A stretch of DNA of 63,174 bases, counting the filler, from Octopus bimaculoides (taxonomy: Eukaryota): assembly GCF_001194135.2 (NCBI RefSeq). It is 9 parts of 5 records of this genome, joined end to end, with 100 filler letters (N's around TTAATTAATTAA, not from the genome) between each part and the next. Parts side by side here need not be neighbours in the genome. Positions count along the whole stretch, not along the records: positions 61,977 to 63,174 come from NC_068997.1; 8 more parts are not named here. One strand, given 5' to 3'. The notes beneath the pieces are model-generated. The model saw only the letters and a program-made list of their open reading frames with translations, made no database searches and had not been told where the DNA came from. Below, in pieces: positions 62,851-63,174 of the stretch (within the stretch, counting starts at the first letter, position 1; every line of letters begins with the position of its first letter). A program made the translations under genes and the position numbers.

Positions 62851-63131
62851 CACTCACGCGCGTGTGTGTATATATATATAAACATATATCTATATCTATA
62901 TACGTGTGTTACGTATGTAGATATACAGTGTCAGTATGTATTTGCGAGTATGAGAATCATTCATATATATATAATAATTTAAATATTACACATTTAGAGA
63001 AAATGTCATTTTATTGCCTCTGTATATTATGTCCCATTTTATTCTTGTCCAGCGTTTCATTGTCTGGATCGAGAGTGTGTTTGTATGTATGTACGTATGT
63101 ATGTATGTATGTATGTATGTATGTATGTATG

Positions 63132-63174
<43 letters not shown>

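Overview
AT-rich, microsatellite-dense animal genomic DNA with many N gaps. The SINE repertoire and repeat style suggest an octopus or other coleoid cephalopod draft scaffold (inference). One protein-coding gene is clearly recognisable: four + strand exons (1895-2042, 4851-4934, 6856-6933, 7309-7362) encoding the MENTAL domain of STARD3/MLN64. I could not find its remaining exons in the following ~56 kb. The rest of the window is intron-like or intergenic. It contains at least three tRNA-related SINE families, an RTE-like tail family, a 5'-truncated Tx1/L1-clade LINE, CR1/L2-type and restriction-like-endonuclease (RLE) LINE fragments, a Penelope-like remnant, piggyBac- and hAT-type MITEs, a Helitron-like end and a probable LTR. 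The most interesting signal is a set of minimal hammerhead-ribozyme (HHR) motifs with palindromic helix-III loops (AGCT, AATT, ACGT). One pair sits as ~94% identical inverted arms in a STARD3 intron, a fold-back that would lock the sense ribozyme in dsRNA. Also notable are a SINE subfamily whose 3' tail matches the 3' end of the Tx1 LINE in the same window, and a CLEAR/CCAAT promoter-like island with a candidate antisense two-exon ORF. Most 'ORFs' in the supplied track are microsatellite or gap artefacts. Repeat boundaries are approximate, and all family assignments come from motif recognition, not database searches.
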